Notes: generated from the letters alone by a model not told the origin. 54,971 bases of DNA from Clostridia bacterium (GCA_017554125.1 JAFZIW010000138.1:1-54971), one strand, 5' to 3'. Counted from the stretch's first letter, positions 39,347 to 47,809 are shown. Program-made: numbers and translations.

Positions 39347-40189
39347 ATGGCGAGTGTAACGAAAAGAGTCAGTGTTTTTAAACAACCCAGAGGCGGTTTT
39401 GTTAAAATATCAGATTTTGACAGTATCGTTATCAATGATGATTTTGTATTGAACGAATCGGAAAACTTGGGAGGTAGCGTTGTTGGTTTAGTGGTTGATT
39501 ATCTTACAAGGCTTATTATGGGCGCGGATAGCGAAGACGCATTTAGGATTTCGCTTGAAGGCGCAAGAATTGCTGAAGAATTGGGTGTTAAAGAAGGAGC
39601 AATGAAAACTGCAAAAAAACTATTAAAGGGCATTAGTGATATGGATGATGATTCTATCGTTAATGCGTGTGAACTCGTAACTTTTGATGTTTGGAAAAGA
39701 AATACATTAGTAGCGATGATGATATCAGAAAACTCGCAAATAATACCACCGGATAGGGATACCATTGACAACATTCGATTCCTTTTAATTCGTAGTATTA
39801 CTTTTTGGGGTGAGTATGGTCCAATAGCAAAAGACGGTTTCAACTTCGCTCCACCGAAATGTAATGTTGACACTTATAAAAAAATGCTTGATACAGGAAA
39901 AGGCACTTATGGAGGATATACGCCTACGGTTAGTAGCGGTGATGGCGATTTTCTTACTGCTGATACTCTCTGGGATTTTAAGGTTTTAAGGTCAAAGCCG
40001 ACAAGTAAGGACACATTACAGTTACTTATGTACTGGATTATGGGTCAGCATTCTGGACAGGATATTTTTAAGAGTATAACAAAGATAGGATTATTTAACC
40101 CTCGCTCAAACACAGTATATTTAAAAGAAGTATCTACAATACCGAATGACATTATAAAAACAGTTGAGAATGATGTTATTTGCTATTAA
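39347..40189 (+). CDS. Orphan hypothetical protein with C-terminal PD-(D/E)xK / QxxxY nuclease-like motifs
   Basis: 280 aa from the ATG 8 nt after GGAGGTG. C-terminal GDGDFLTADTLWDFKV...DTLQLLMYW fits the D...(D/E)xK...QxxxY pattern of RecB/Cas4/YqaJ-type nucleases. The composition is visibly AT-richer than the flanks, and I recognise no conserved neighbours. Confidence 0.6.
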   Translation: MASVTKRVSVFKQPRGGFVKISDFDSIVINDDFVLNESENLGGSVVGLVVDYLTRLIMGADSEDAFRISLEGARIAEELGVKEGAMKTAKKLLKGISDMDDDSIVNACELVTFDVWKRNTLVAMMISENSQIIPPDRDTIDNIRFLLIRSITFWGEYGPIAKDGFNFAPPKCNVDTYKKMLDTGKGTYGGYTPTVSSGDGDFLTADTLWDFKVLRSKPTSKDTLQLLMYWIMGQHSGQDIFKSITKIGLFNPRSNTVYLKEVSTIPNDIIKTVENDVICY

Positions 40190-40207
40190 GGTGTATCAAT
40201 TTATCAT

Positions 40208-40310
40208 CATTGCGAAAGAGCATACACGGCAAAGCCGTAATGATATGCGCCCTGACGGGCGATGATATACAGCCTTTTCGGACTAATGATATACCATTGT
40301 TTTCGCAATG
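40208..40310 (+). other. Compact structured element with three phased TAATGATAT-like repeats
   Basis: Perfect 10-bp closing stem cattgcgaaa (40208-40217) / tttcgcaatg (40301-40310). Internal hairpins at 40226-40238 and 40248-40261. ATGATAT occurs at 40240, 40262 and 40286, with an inverted ATGATGATA at 40202-40210. A terminator follows immediately. Confidence 0.45.
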
Positions 40311-40311
40311 G

Positions 40312-40343
40312 AAAAAATCTCGTTCTGAAGAACGAGATTTTTT
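40312..40343. terminator. Bidirectional intrinsic terminator
   Basis: A6-atctcgttc-tgaa-gaacgagat-T6. Confidence 0.8.
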
Positions 40344-40360
40344 GGTGCGAGTGACGGGAC
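40340..40360. repeat. 21-nt perfect direct repeat of the tRNA-Leu 3' end (att-like)
   Basis: ttttggtgcgagtgacgggac at 40340-40360 is identical to 40555-40575. The latter covers the last 18 nt of tRNA-Leu plus 3 nt of flank. Confidence 0.85.
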
Positions 40361-40438
40361 GCGCCTTTGCTACGCAAATTCGCCCTGCTTGCCGACCCAA
40401 TGCTTATGCATTCGGTACCCGGCTTCACACCTGCAAAC

Positions 40439-40466
40439 TAAAAAACAGTCTCCCGGACTGTTTTTC
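40439..40466. terminator. Bidirectional hairpin terminator
   Basis: A-run, acagtc-tcccg-gactgt, T-run. Confidence 0.6.
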
Positions 40467-40516
40467 TTTACGCTTGCAGCCCTCTTAGTGTTCAAGTCCC
40501 GCCACAATAATTTACA

Positions 40517-40551
40517 TAAAAATTCCGGGCTCCCGCAAAAGCGGAAACCCG
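40517..40551 (-). terminator. Intrinsic terminator of tRNA-Leu
   Basis: Minus-strand RNA cgggtttccgc-tttt-gcgggagcccg forms an 11-bp stem that includes two G:U pairs. Those pairs exist only on the minus strand. The stem is followed by AATTTTT. Confidence 0.75.
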
Positions 40552-40557
40552 AAATTT

Positions 40558-40641
40558 TGGTGCGAGTGACGGGACTTGAACCCGTACGTCTTGGACACAC
40601 GCCCCTCAAACGTGCCTGTCTGCCTATTCCAGCACACTCGC
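40558..40641 (-). tRNA. tRNA-Leu (anticodon GAG), type II with long variable arm
   Basis: The reverse complement has: GCGAGTG acceptor; D arm CTG-GAATAGGCAGA-CAG; anticodon arm CACGT-TTGAGGG-GCGTG (GAG, G37); variable arm with GTC-CAA-GAC; T arm ACGGG-TTCAAGT-CCCGT; CACTCGC-A-CCA. Confidence 0.88.
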
Positions 40642-40658
40642 ATTATGGGCGCCCGATT

Positions 40659-40687
40659 ATTATATCATTTGAGTATTCGGTTGTCAA
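40659..40687 (-). promoter_or_regulatory. tRNA-Leu promoter
   Basis: On the minus strand: TTGACA (40687-40682), 17 nt, TATAAT (40664-40659), about 17 nt upstream of the mature 5' end. Confidence 0.7.
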
Positions 40688-40738
40688 CATAAAAATTGCA
40701 TTTTTGAATCTTTTTTTGCGGCGACGGTGCGAGAATAC

Positions 40739-40767
40739 TTGCCAACCGGTAAATAATGTTATATAAT
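40739..40767 (+). promoter_or_regulatory. Promoter of the DUF951-prfA operon
   Basis: TTGCCA (40739-40744), 17 nt, TATAAT (40762-40767). Confidence 0.6.
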
Positions 40768-40799
40768 AATATGTTGAAAAGACGTCGGGGGTGCAAACT

Positions 40800-40991
40800 A
40801 TGCAGATAAACGTGGGCAATACGGTAAAAATGAAAAAACAGCATCCCTGCGGGTGCGATACGTTCAAGGTGACGAGAATCGGCGCCGATTTCAAGCTTAT
40901 CTGCACGCAGTGCGGCAGGGAGGTCATGATGCCGAGAAAGTCCGCCGAAAAATCGATAAAGAAGATACTTGACAGTAACGGAGAAATATAA
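40800..40991 (+). CDS. DUF951 family small zinc-ribbon-like protein
   Basis: MQINVGNTVKMKKQHPCGCDTFKVTRIGADFKLICTQCGREVMMPR. The ATG at 40800 follows GGGGGTG. Confidence 0.75.
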   Translation: MQINVGNTVKMKKQHPCGCDTFKVTRIGADFKLICTQCGREVMMPRKSAEKSIKKILDSNGEI

Positions 40992-42067
40992 TGTTTGAAC
41001 AGCTTTCCGCGGTTGAAAACCGCTTTGAACAAATATCTGTTGAGCTGACCCGTCCCGAAATTATTTCGGACAGCGAGCAGTTCACCCGCCTGATAAAAGA
41101 ACACGGCGAGCTTGCGCCGGTTGTTGAAAAATACCGTGAATACACCTCGGCGCAAAACGCGATAGCCGAGGCGGAGGAGATTTTGGCGACTCCGGGCGTC
41201 GAAAAAGATTTCAAGGAGCTTGCCGAAGAAGAATTGAAAGAGGCGAAAGCGAGTATCGCTTCGGTTACCGAAGAGCTTAAGCTTCTGCTTTTGCCCAAGG
41301 ACCCGAACGATTCAAAAAACGTTATTATCGAGATACGCGGCGGCGCGGGCGGCGAAGAGGCGGCGCTTTTCGCCGGCAGTCTTTTCAGAATGTATACAAT
41401 GTATGCCGAAAGTCACAGATTTACCGTTGAAGTTACTAACGCCAATGAAACCGAGCTTGGCGGCTATAAGGAAATCAGCTTTATGGTCGAGGGTGCCGGT
41501 GCGTATTCGCGTTTTAAGTATGAAAGCGGCGTTCACCGCGTTCAGCGCGTGCCCGATACCGAAACCCAGGGGCGCGTACATACCTCCACCGTTACGGTGG
41601 CGGTACTCCCCGAAGCCGACGAGGTCGAATTCGAGTTAAACCCCGCCGACCTTAAAATCGATACCTTCCGTTCGTCGGGCGCCGGCGGTCAGCATATAAA
41701 CAAAACCTCATCGGCGATACGCGTGACCCATATCCCGACCGGAACGGTCGTTGAATGTCAGGACGAGCGCAGTCAGTTCAAAAACAAGGATAAGGCGCTT
41801 AAAGTTCTGCGTGCGCGGCTTTACGACGCCGAAAAGGCGAAGGCGGACGCCGCCGTGGCAAACGACCGCAAGGCGCAGGTCGGCACGGGCGACCGAAGCG
41901 AGCGTATACGCACCTACAACTTCCCGCAGGGTCGCGTTACTGACCATAGAATAGGGCTTACGCTTTACAAGCTTGAAAGCATACTTAACGGTAATATCGA
42001 CGAGATAGTCGACGCGCTGACGACCTACTACCGCGCCGAGGCGCTGAAAACGCAGGAGAATATATAA
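40991..42067 (+). CDS. prfA: Peptide chain release factor 1
   Basis: GGQ motif (SGAGGQHINKT), PxT-type tripeptide region (RVPDTETQGRVHTS), and GGAGG.EA..FA..L.RMY. Confidence 0.95.
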   Translation: MFEQLSAVENRFEQISVELTRPEIISDSEQFTRLIKEHGELAPVVEKYREYTSAQNAIAEAEEILATPGVEKDFKELAEEELKEAKASIASVTEELKLLLLPKDPNDSKNVIIEIRGGAGGEEAALFAGSLFRMYTMYAESHRFTVEVTNANETELGGYKEISFMVEGAGAYSRFKYESGVHRVQRVPDTETQGRVHTSTVTVAVLPEADEVEFELNPADLKIDTFRSSGAGGQHINKTSSAIRVTHIPTGTVVECQDERSQFKNKDKALKVLRARLYDAEKAKADAAVANDRKAQVGTGDRSERIRTYNFPQGRVTDHRIGLTLYKLESILNGNIDEIVDALTTYYRAEALKTQENI

Positions 42068-43090
42068 ATGAAGACCGAAAAAATAGATGTTATTTCGGGT
42101 GACAGAGAAAAGGGAATTGCCCGCGCTGGCGAGATTTTAAGGCGCGGCGGAACGGTCGCGATACCTACGGAAACGGTTTACGGTCTCGCCGCGAGCGCGC
42201 TTGACGACGGCGCTATCGAAAAGGTTTTCCTTGCGAAAGGCAGACCGCAGAATAATCCGCTGATAGTTCATATAAGCGATATAAAAATGCTCGAAGACGT
42301 GGCGCGCGATATACCCGACGCGGCGTATAGGCTTGCTGAAACGTTCTGGCCCGGACCGCTTACAATGGTGCTTCGCCGTAAGGATGCGGTGGCTTCGCGC
42401 GTATCAGCCGGGCTTGATACCGTGGCGGTGCGTATGCCCGCGTCAAAGGCGGCCCGGGATATCATCGAAGCGAGCGGAGTTCCCCTCGCGGCGCCGAGCG
42501 CGAATATTTCCGGCTCACCCAGTCCCACCGCCGCGGCGCACGTGATACACGACCTTGACGGTAAGGTCGACGCGATAGTTTGCGGCGAGGACTGCAAGGT
42601 AGGCGTTGAATCGACCGTGGTGGCGCTCTTTTCAGACCCGCCCCGCATTTTAAGACCGGGCGCCGTAACGGCGGAGGAATTAAGCGATATTTTGCCGGGC
42701 CTTGTTATCGACAAAGCGGTTTTATCCGAACCGGAAAGCGGCGAAGCGGTCGCTTCACCCGGTATGCTTTATAAGCATTACGCCCCGAAGACCGAAACGT
42801 TTTTGATAGAGGGCGAAAGTAAGAATTACATAGATTTCGTTAATTCAAAGGGCGACTGTGCGGCGGTATGCTTCGACGGGGAAGCGGCAAGAATAACGGT
42901 TAAAAAATTAGCGTACGGCGCTCAAAACGACGGTGACGCGCTTGCAAAAAATCTGTTTTCCGTGCTTCGCGCGGTCGATGCGCTCGGCGCGAAACGCGTC
43001 TACGTACACGCGCCCGATAAGCGCGGCATAGGGCTTGCGGTTTACAACCGTCTGCTTCGAGCCGCCGGTTTTAAGGTGATAAAGCTATGA
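42068..43090 (+). CDS. tsaC: L-threonylcarbamoyladenylate synthase (Sua5/YwlC/TsaC)
   Basis: GG.VAIPTETVYGLAA, KGRP..NPLIVH, SANISG.PSPT, plus a Sua5 C-terminal domain. Confidence 0.9.
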   Translation: MKTEKIDVISGDREKGIARAGEILRRGGTVAIPTETVYGLAASALDDGAIEKVFLAKGRPQNNPLIVHISDIKMLEDVARDIPDAAYRLAETFWPGPLTMVLRRKDAVASRVSAGLDTVAVRMPASKAARDIIEASGVPLAAPSANISGSPSPTAAAHVIHDLDGKVDAIVCGEDCKVGVESTVVALFSDPPRILRPGAVTAEELSDILPGLVIDKAVLSEPESGEAVASPGMLYKHYAPKTETFLIEGESKNYIDFVNSKGDCAAVCFDGEAARITVKKLAYGAQNDGDALAKNLFSVLRAVDALGAKRVYVHAPDKRGIGLAVYNRLLRAAGFKVIKL

Positions 43091-43680
43091 GTTATGTTTT
43101 AGGACTTACCGGTCCTACCGGAGCGGGTAAAAGCATTTTCGCGCAATGCGCGGCACAGCGCGGTTTTAAGGTGATAGATTGCGATATTTCCGCCAGAAAA
43201 GCGGTGGAAAAGGGAACAAAAGGGCTTGCCGCGCTTGTAAGCGTTTTCGGCGGCGGAATACTAAAAAAAAGCGGGGAACTCGACCGCGGGAAACTGGCGA
43301 GAATCGCCTTTTCGAGCCGCGAAAAAACCGAACTGCTTAATAAAACGCTGCTGCCGCATATTTGCAAAATAGTCAAAAGCGAGATTTCCGGCGATTTCGT
43401 ACTGCTCGACGCGCCCACGCTTTTTGAAAGCGGTATGAACGGCGTTTGCAATGCGACCGCGGCGGTAATAGCACCGATAGAACTCAGAAAAGCGCGCATA
43501 ATAGAACGTGACGGACTGTCCGGCGATGAGGCGGACATGCGCATAAACGCCGGAAAGCCGGATGAGTTTTATTATGAAAACGCGAACCGCGTATTTATTA
43601 ACGGCAATGATATTGACAGTTTCAAAAAAAGTGTTAATATATATTTAGATGATATAATCGGAGGGAACCCGGATGAGTGA
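43087..43680 (+). CDS. coaE: Dephospho-CoA kinase
   Basis: LGLTGPTGAGKS P-loop, D.D.....V, 197 aa; ATGA overlap with tsaC. Confidence 0.88.
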   Translation: MSYVLGLTGPTGAGKSIFAQCAAQRGFKVIDCDISARKAVEKGTKGLAALVSVFGGGILKKSGELDRGKLARIAFSSREKTELLNKTLLPHICKIVKSEISGDFVLLDAPTLFESGMNGVCNATAAVIAPIELRKARIIERDGLSGDEADMRINAGKPDEFYYENANRVFINGNDIDSFKKSVNIYLDDIIGGNPDE

Positions 43681-45061
43681 TTACAAAAAACTGAAAGAAG
43701 AACTTTTTTACGAGAACAAAAACGCGTTTTTAAGGCTCGATGAGGCGACCATAGACGCGGCGTACGGCTTTTGTGAAGGCTACAAGGAATTTCTTAATCT
43801 CGCCAAAACCGAGCGCGAGGCGGCTGCGGCGGCGATAGTGCTTGCCGAGCAGAAGGGCTTTGCACCGTTTGCGCGTGATAAAAAATACAAACAGGGCGAC
43901 AAGGTTTATTTCAATAACCGCGGTAAGGCGGTGGCATTCGTCGTATTCGGCAAACAAAAGGCGGAAAACGGCGTTAATATCACGGCGGCGCATATTGACT
44001 CCCCGCGCCTTGACCTTAAACCGAATCCGCTTTACGAGGATACTGAACTCGCCCTTTTCAAAACCCATTATTACGGCGGCATAAAGAAATATCAGTGGAC
44101 GACGGTGCCGTTTGCCCTTCACGGCGTTTTTGCCAAGAAGGACGGCAGCGTTCTGACCGTTTCAATAGGCGAAAAACCGGGTGAGCCGCAGTTTGTGGTA
44201 AACGACCTTTTGCCTCACCTTGCAAAAGAACAGGAAAAGCGCACGCTCTCTGACGGCGTCCGCGGTGAAGAACTCAACGTTCTTATAGGGAGCAGACCTT
44301 TTAAGGATGACGAGGGCAGTGAACTTGTAAAGCTTGCCGTTCTTAAATTCTTAAACGAAAAATACGGTATAAAGGAAGAAGATTTCCTTTCGGCTGAACT
44401 TGAAATGGTGCCGGCGGCGAAAGCCACGGACATCGGCTTTGACAGGTCGCTTATCGGCGCCTACGGTCAGGATGACCGCGTTTGCGCATACAGTGAACTT
44501 ATGGCTGTTCTGGACGTTGAGTCTCCGGAAAAGACCGCCGTTGCGATACTTGCCGACAAGGAAGAAATCGGTTCCGAAGGCAATACCGGACTGAATTCCG
44601 CTTTCTTAGCGCACGTTATTCACGATATCAGTCTTAACGACGGTTCGGATGAAACGGTGGCGTTTCGCCATTCAAGCTGTCTTTCCGCCGACGTAAACGC
44701 GGCTATCGACCCCACTTTTGCCGACGCTCAGGAAAAGCGCAACGCAAGCTTCCTTAACCACGGCGCCGTAATAACGAAATACACCGGTCACGGCGGTAAA
44801 TACGATACGAGCGACGCTTGCGCGGAGTTTGTCGCAAAGATTCGCGCTCTGCTCGATAAAGCCGGAATTGTTTGGCAGATAGGCGAGCTCGGTAAGGTTG
44901 ACGGCGGCGGCGGCGGAACGGTCGCAAAATATATCGCCGATTTGGGCGCTGACGTAATCGACGTTGGCGTGCCGGTGCTTTCAATGCACGCTCCGTTTGA
45001 GGTAACGGCGAAGCTCGACGTTTATATGTGCAATCGCGCAATGTATGAGTTTATGAAATAA
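43673..45061 (+). CDS. M18-family aminopeptidase
   Basis: 462 aa, AHIDSPRLDLKP, DDRVC, ADKEEIGS.G, LSMHAP signature set of M18/aspartyl aminopeptidases. Confidence 0.85.
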   Translation: MSDYKKLKEELFYENKNAFLRLDEATIDAAYGFCEGYKEFLNLAKTEREAAAAAIVLAEQKGFAPFARDKKYKQGDKVYFNNRGKAVAFVVFGKQKAENGVNITAAHIDSPRLDLKPNPLYEDTELALFKTHYYGGIKKYQWTTVPFALHGVFAKKDGSVLTVSIGEKPGEPQFVVNDLLPHLAKEQEKRTLSDGVRGEELNVLIGSRPFKDDEGSELVKLAVLKFLNEKYGIKEEDFLSAELEMVPAAKATDIGFDRSLIGAYGQDDRVCAYSELMAVLDVESPEKTAVAILADKEEIGSEGNTGLNSAFLAHVIHDISLNDGSDETVAFRHSSCLSADVNAAIDPTFADAQEKRNASFLNHGAVITKYTGHGGKYDTSDACAEFVAKIRALLDKAGIVWQIGELGKVDGGGGGTVAKYIADLGADVIDVGVPVLSMHAPFEVTAKLDVYMCNRAMYEFMK

Positions 45062-45071
45062 ACGTGATTTA

Positions 45072-45105
45072 TCCGGGTTGCCGCGGCGGTGACCCGGAAT
45101 TTTTG
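45072..45105 (+). terminator. Terminator after the aminopeptidase gene
   Basis: tccgggt (45072-45078) / acccgga (45092-45098) with a GC-rich internal loop, followed by a T-run. Confidence 0.55.
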
Positions 45106-45152
45106 ATTAAACGTCAAATAGTCTGTTATCAAAGAAGAAAGGCTGTGTTTTT

Positions 45153-45896
45153 ATGGACAAAACCAAGATATCGGCTTTTGCCGACCTTATAAGAAAAAGC
45201 GACAATATCGTCTTCTTCGGCGGCGCTGGGGTTTCGACCGAAAGCGGCGTCAAGGACTACCGGAGCGAAGACGGTCTTTACAATACCGTAAAACAGTATA
45301 AAGTATCGCCCGAAACGATACTGAGCCACAGCTTTTTTGAGGCGCATCCGGATATTTTTTACGATTTTTACTACAACTATTTTCTGAACACTTCCGCCGC
45401 CCCGAACCGCGCGCATTCGGCATTGGCTCAACTTGAAGCCGCCGGGAAGCTTAAAGCGGTAATTACGCAGAATATTGACGGACTTCATCAGCGGGCGGGG
45501 AGCAAAAACGTAATAGAGCTTCACGGCACCGTATTGAAAAACCGCTGTCCGTCCTGTAAAACCCTGATGCCCGTTGAAGATATAAGGACGCTTAAAGGTG
45601 GCGTGCCGCGTTGTGAAAAATGCGGCAGGGTTATAAAACCCGATGTCGTTTTGTACGAAGAGCCACTTAATGAAGCGGTTATAAGTGCGGCGGTGCGCGC
45701 GATTTCTTCGGCGGACCTGCTTATAATCGGCGGTACGTCGCTCGCGGTATACCCCGCGGCGGGCTTTATAAGGTATTTCAGGGGTGAAAACATAGTGCTT
45801 ATCAACCGTGACGAAACGCAATATGACAGTATGGCGGCGCTCGTTTTCAGAGACAGTATCGGCGAGGTTATGAGCGAAGCAATGAAACTTTTGTAG
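45153..45896 (+). CDS. cobB: NAD-dependent protein deacylase (Sir2 family)
   Basis: GAGVSTESG..D.RS, QNIDGLH, Zn site CPSC...CEKCG, and GTSL.VYPAA. Confidence 0.92.
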   Translation: MDKTKISAFADLIRKSDNIVFFGGAGVSTESGVKDYRSEDGLYNTVKQYKVSPETILSHSFFEAHPDIFYDFYYNYFLNTSAAPNRAHSALAQLEAAGKLKAVITQNIDGLHQRAGSKNVIELHGTVLKNRCPSCKTLMPVEDIRTLKGGVPRCEKCGRVIKPDVVLYEEPLNEAVISAAVRAISSADLLIIGGTSLAVYPAAGFIRYFRGENIVLINRDETQYDSMAALVFRDSIGEVMSEAMKLL

Positions 45897-45918
45897 GTAA
45901 AAATAACTGACTTGCAAT

Positions 45919-45960
45919 AAAAAAATCCCGCGTCGGGCAAAGCGCCCGTGCGGGATTTTA
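45919..45960. terminator. Bidirectional terminator between cobB (+) and the C39-like peptidase gene (-)
   Basis: aaatcccgc (45923-45931) / gcgggattt (45950-45958) with an inner cgggc/gcccg extension, flanked by an A-run and a T-run. Confidence 0.75.
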
Positions 45961-45963
45961 GTT

Positions 45964-46977
45964 TTACGGTTCTTGCGTTAGGTCGGCGGGAATTTCCGCC
46001 TTAGCCGTTTCACTTTCGGAATTATCCGCCGGCGCGGCGTCTTCCGGTGTTACGTTGTCGGGTACGGGCGGGTCCTCCTGCGGCGGTTCTGTATATTCGC
46101 CGTCTTCTGTCTTTTCGGTTATCACAATCGCCTGCATTCCGTTTGATATATATCTGTTATTTACAATATCGGCGGGGTAGCGGCAATTCTTATGAGTCAG
46201 CGGGTCGTTGAAATAATAACCCGTATCGTCATAACCTACAAGAAGCAGACAGTGGTTGGGCGATATCCAGGTGTACGTTTCCTCGGTACCGACCACCGCC
46301 CACGTCCGCGAAACCCTCGTAGGCGCCATGCCCTGCGTACCCCAGATTATTACCGGTATATCGCGGTCGATATACGATTTAAGCTCGTTTAGCGGGGTAC
46401 CGGTAAGGTTTTTTATTTCGTGTTTACTGTGGTCAATGCACTTTATCAGCGCTTTTTCGATAACCGGAGCCATACAACCCCAGCCGGTTTCCGAAAAAGG
46501 ATTTCCGAGGAAATATTCGCGCGGGTCATAGCCCATGCTTTTGCCCGCTTCGTCAACAAACGGCGCGGGTGCGACCGAAAGGAAGTGTGTTATAAAATAC
46601 TTCCCCGATATTTTGTAGCCGAGATGCCTCAGCGCCATGACGGCGCTTATCGGCTCGCAACCCGTCGGATAATTCTTCTTCTGGTTAATGTATGGTACGT
46701 CAATAAGCTTTGTCGGCGGAAAATCGACCGGTTCTTCAAAGCTCACTTCGTCGGGTTGCTCGTTTTTTATTTCGGTCGTGTGCTCCGGCAGAGTTACCTC
46801 GTAAACTATTTCCTCAAAAAACGTTTCGCCGGCGGTTGCCTGATTTTGATTCCGGCTTTTAAGAAATTCAAAAACCGAACAGGCGCCCGCTATCCATACC
46901 GCCGCCAGAAGCACAATGATACCGACGCCGTAAAGGGCGGAGGTATCAACGGTTTTTATTTTTTTATTTTCTTTCAA
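45964..46977 (-). CDS. Membrane-anchored C39-like (papain-fold) peptidase domain protein
   Basis: N-terminal TM helix. YINQKKNYPTGCEPISAVMAL (candidate catalytic Cys) with downstream H.LLVGYDD (His). The C-terminal tail is acidic and Pro-rich. Confidence 0.65.
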   Translation of the reverse strand: MKENKKIKTVDTSALYGVGIIVLLAAVWIAGACSVFEFLKSRNQNQATAGETFFEEIVYEVTLPEHTTEIKNEQPDEVSFEEPVDFPPTKLIDVPYINQKKNYPTGCEPISAVMALRHLGYKISGKYFITHFLSVAPAPFVDEAGKSMGYDPREYFLGNPFSETGWGCMAPVIEKALIKCIDHSKHEIKNLTGTPLNELKSYIDRDIPVIIWGTQGMAPTRVSRTWAVVGTEETYTWISPNHCLLLVGYDDTGYYFNDPLTHKNCRYPADIVNNRYISNGMQAIVITEKTEDGEYTEPPQEDPPVPDNVTPEDAAPADNSESETAKAEIPADLTQEP

Positions 46978-46993
46978 TCCGTCACACTCTTTT

Positions 46994-47809
46994 TTACTTG
47001 CTGTCCTTCCAATACACTTTGAATCCGTGCTGAGATATGCGTTTTTCCGGCGGTGGCGGAGTCATATAATCGCCGTACCAATAGGTCAGAAGTGAATCGG
47101 ATTTTGCGGGGGCGTTAAACGTGTATTCTTCAAAGCGTAAAGGCACGGGGTTTCCGAAATACGAATCGGGGATATAAGACTTATGAAGAACAGCAGTGCC
47201 TACAGCCAACATCACAAAACCTGTATTATATCCGGCAAACGCTTTGCCTCGTTTATTTATGCCATTTATTATATTCACACGCGATTTGAATGTCAGAAAC
47301 CGGAAAATATAATGAGCTATGACCTTGACGCTCAGTTTATAATCGAGCGGCGCCATATAGTTCTTTTTTACAAGCGCTTTGCGCGCGGAGCGTACGCTAT
47401 CAAATAATTTTTGCGCCTGTACGGGGTCGGCGGGGCAGGCGTCTATCGGAAACACGTCAATATAAGCGCCGATTTCGGAAGGCTTATGCACGTGCTCGAT
47501 AAGCAAGGTTTTCTTATGACAGACCTTTGCATAATCGAGGTAGTAATCCTTGTCGGTCGATATATCGACAACGTATGCCGTATCCGAATCGCTTTTATTG
47601 AATTCCGCGATAAAGCGTTCATAATCCGCCCGCGGCATGCCTATATCAACGTCATCGTCCCACGGTATATACCCTTTGTGCCTTACGGCGCCAAGCAAGG
47701 TCCCGTATATCATATAGTAAGTCAGACCGTTTTTCTCGCAGTAGTCATGTACTTCTTTCAAGGTATCAAGCTGACATTTTTTCAGTTCTTCCGCGGTAAG
47801 TTCAACCAT
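46994..47809 (-). CDS. licD: LicD-family phosphocholine/phosphotransferase
   Basis: YMIYGTLLGAVRHKGYIPWDDDVDIGMPR.DYE+F is the LicD signature. Confidence 0.88.
   Translation of the reverse strand: MVELTAEELKKCQLDTLKEVHDYCEKNGLTYYMIYGTLLGAVRHKGYIPWDDDVDIGMPRADYERFIAEFNKSDSDTAYVVDISTDKDYYLDYAKVCHKKTLLIEHVHKPSEIGAYIDVFPIDACPADPVQAQKLFDSVRSARKALVKKNYMAPLDYKLSVKVIAHYIFRFLTFKSRVNIINGINKRGKAFAGYNTGFVMLAVGTAVLHKSYIPDSYFGNPVPLRFEEYTFNAPAKSDSLLTYWYGDYMTPPPPEKRISQHGFKVYWKDSK

Noticed and set aside
40240-40292. Archaeal/eukaryotic-style C/D-box (RUGAUGA...CUGA) sRNA interpretation of the ATGATAT/CTGAC motifs
   Set aside because: The context is bacterial. The boxes are not arranged as terminal C/D plus internal C'/D' pairs with guide-length spacing. 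Phased direct repeats are better explained as protein-binding iterons or simple RNA structure.
40180-40766. Track ORFs 40176-40400, 40180-40488, 40207-40428, 40370-40609 and 40389-40766 around tRNA-Leu
   Set aside because: They run through three intrinsic terminators, the att-like repeat and the tRNA gene itself. None has an RBS. They are treated as non-coding.
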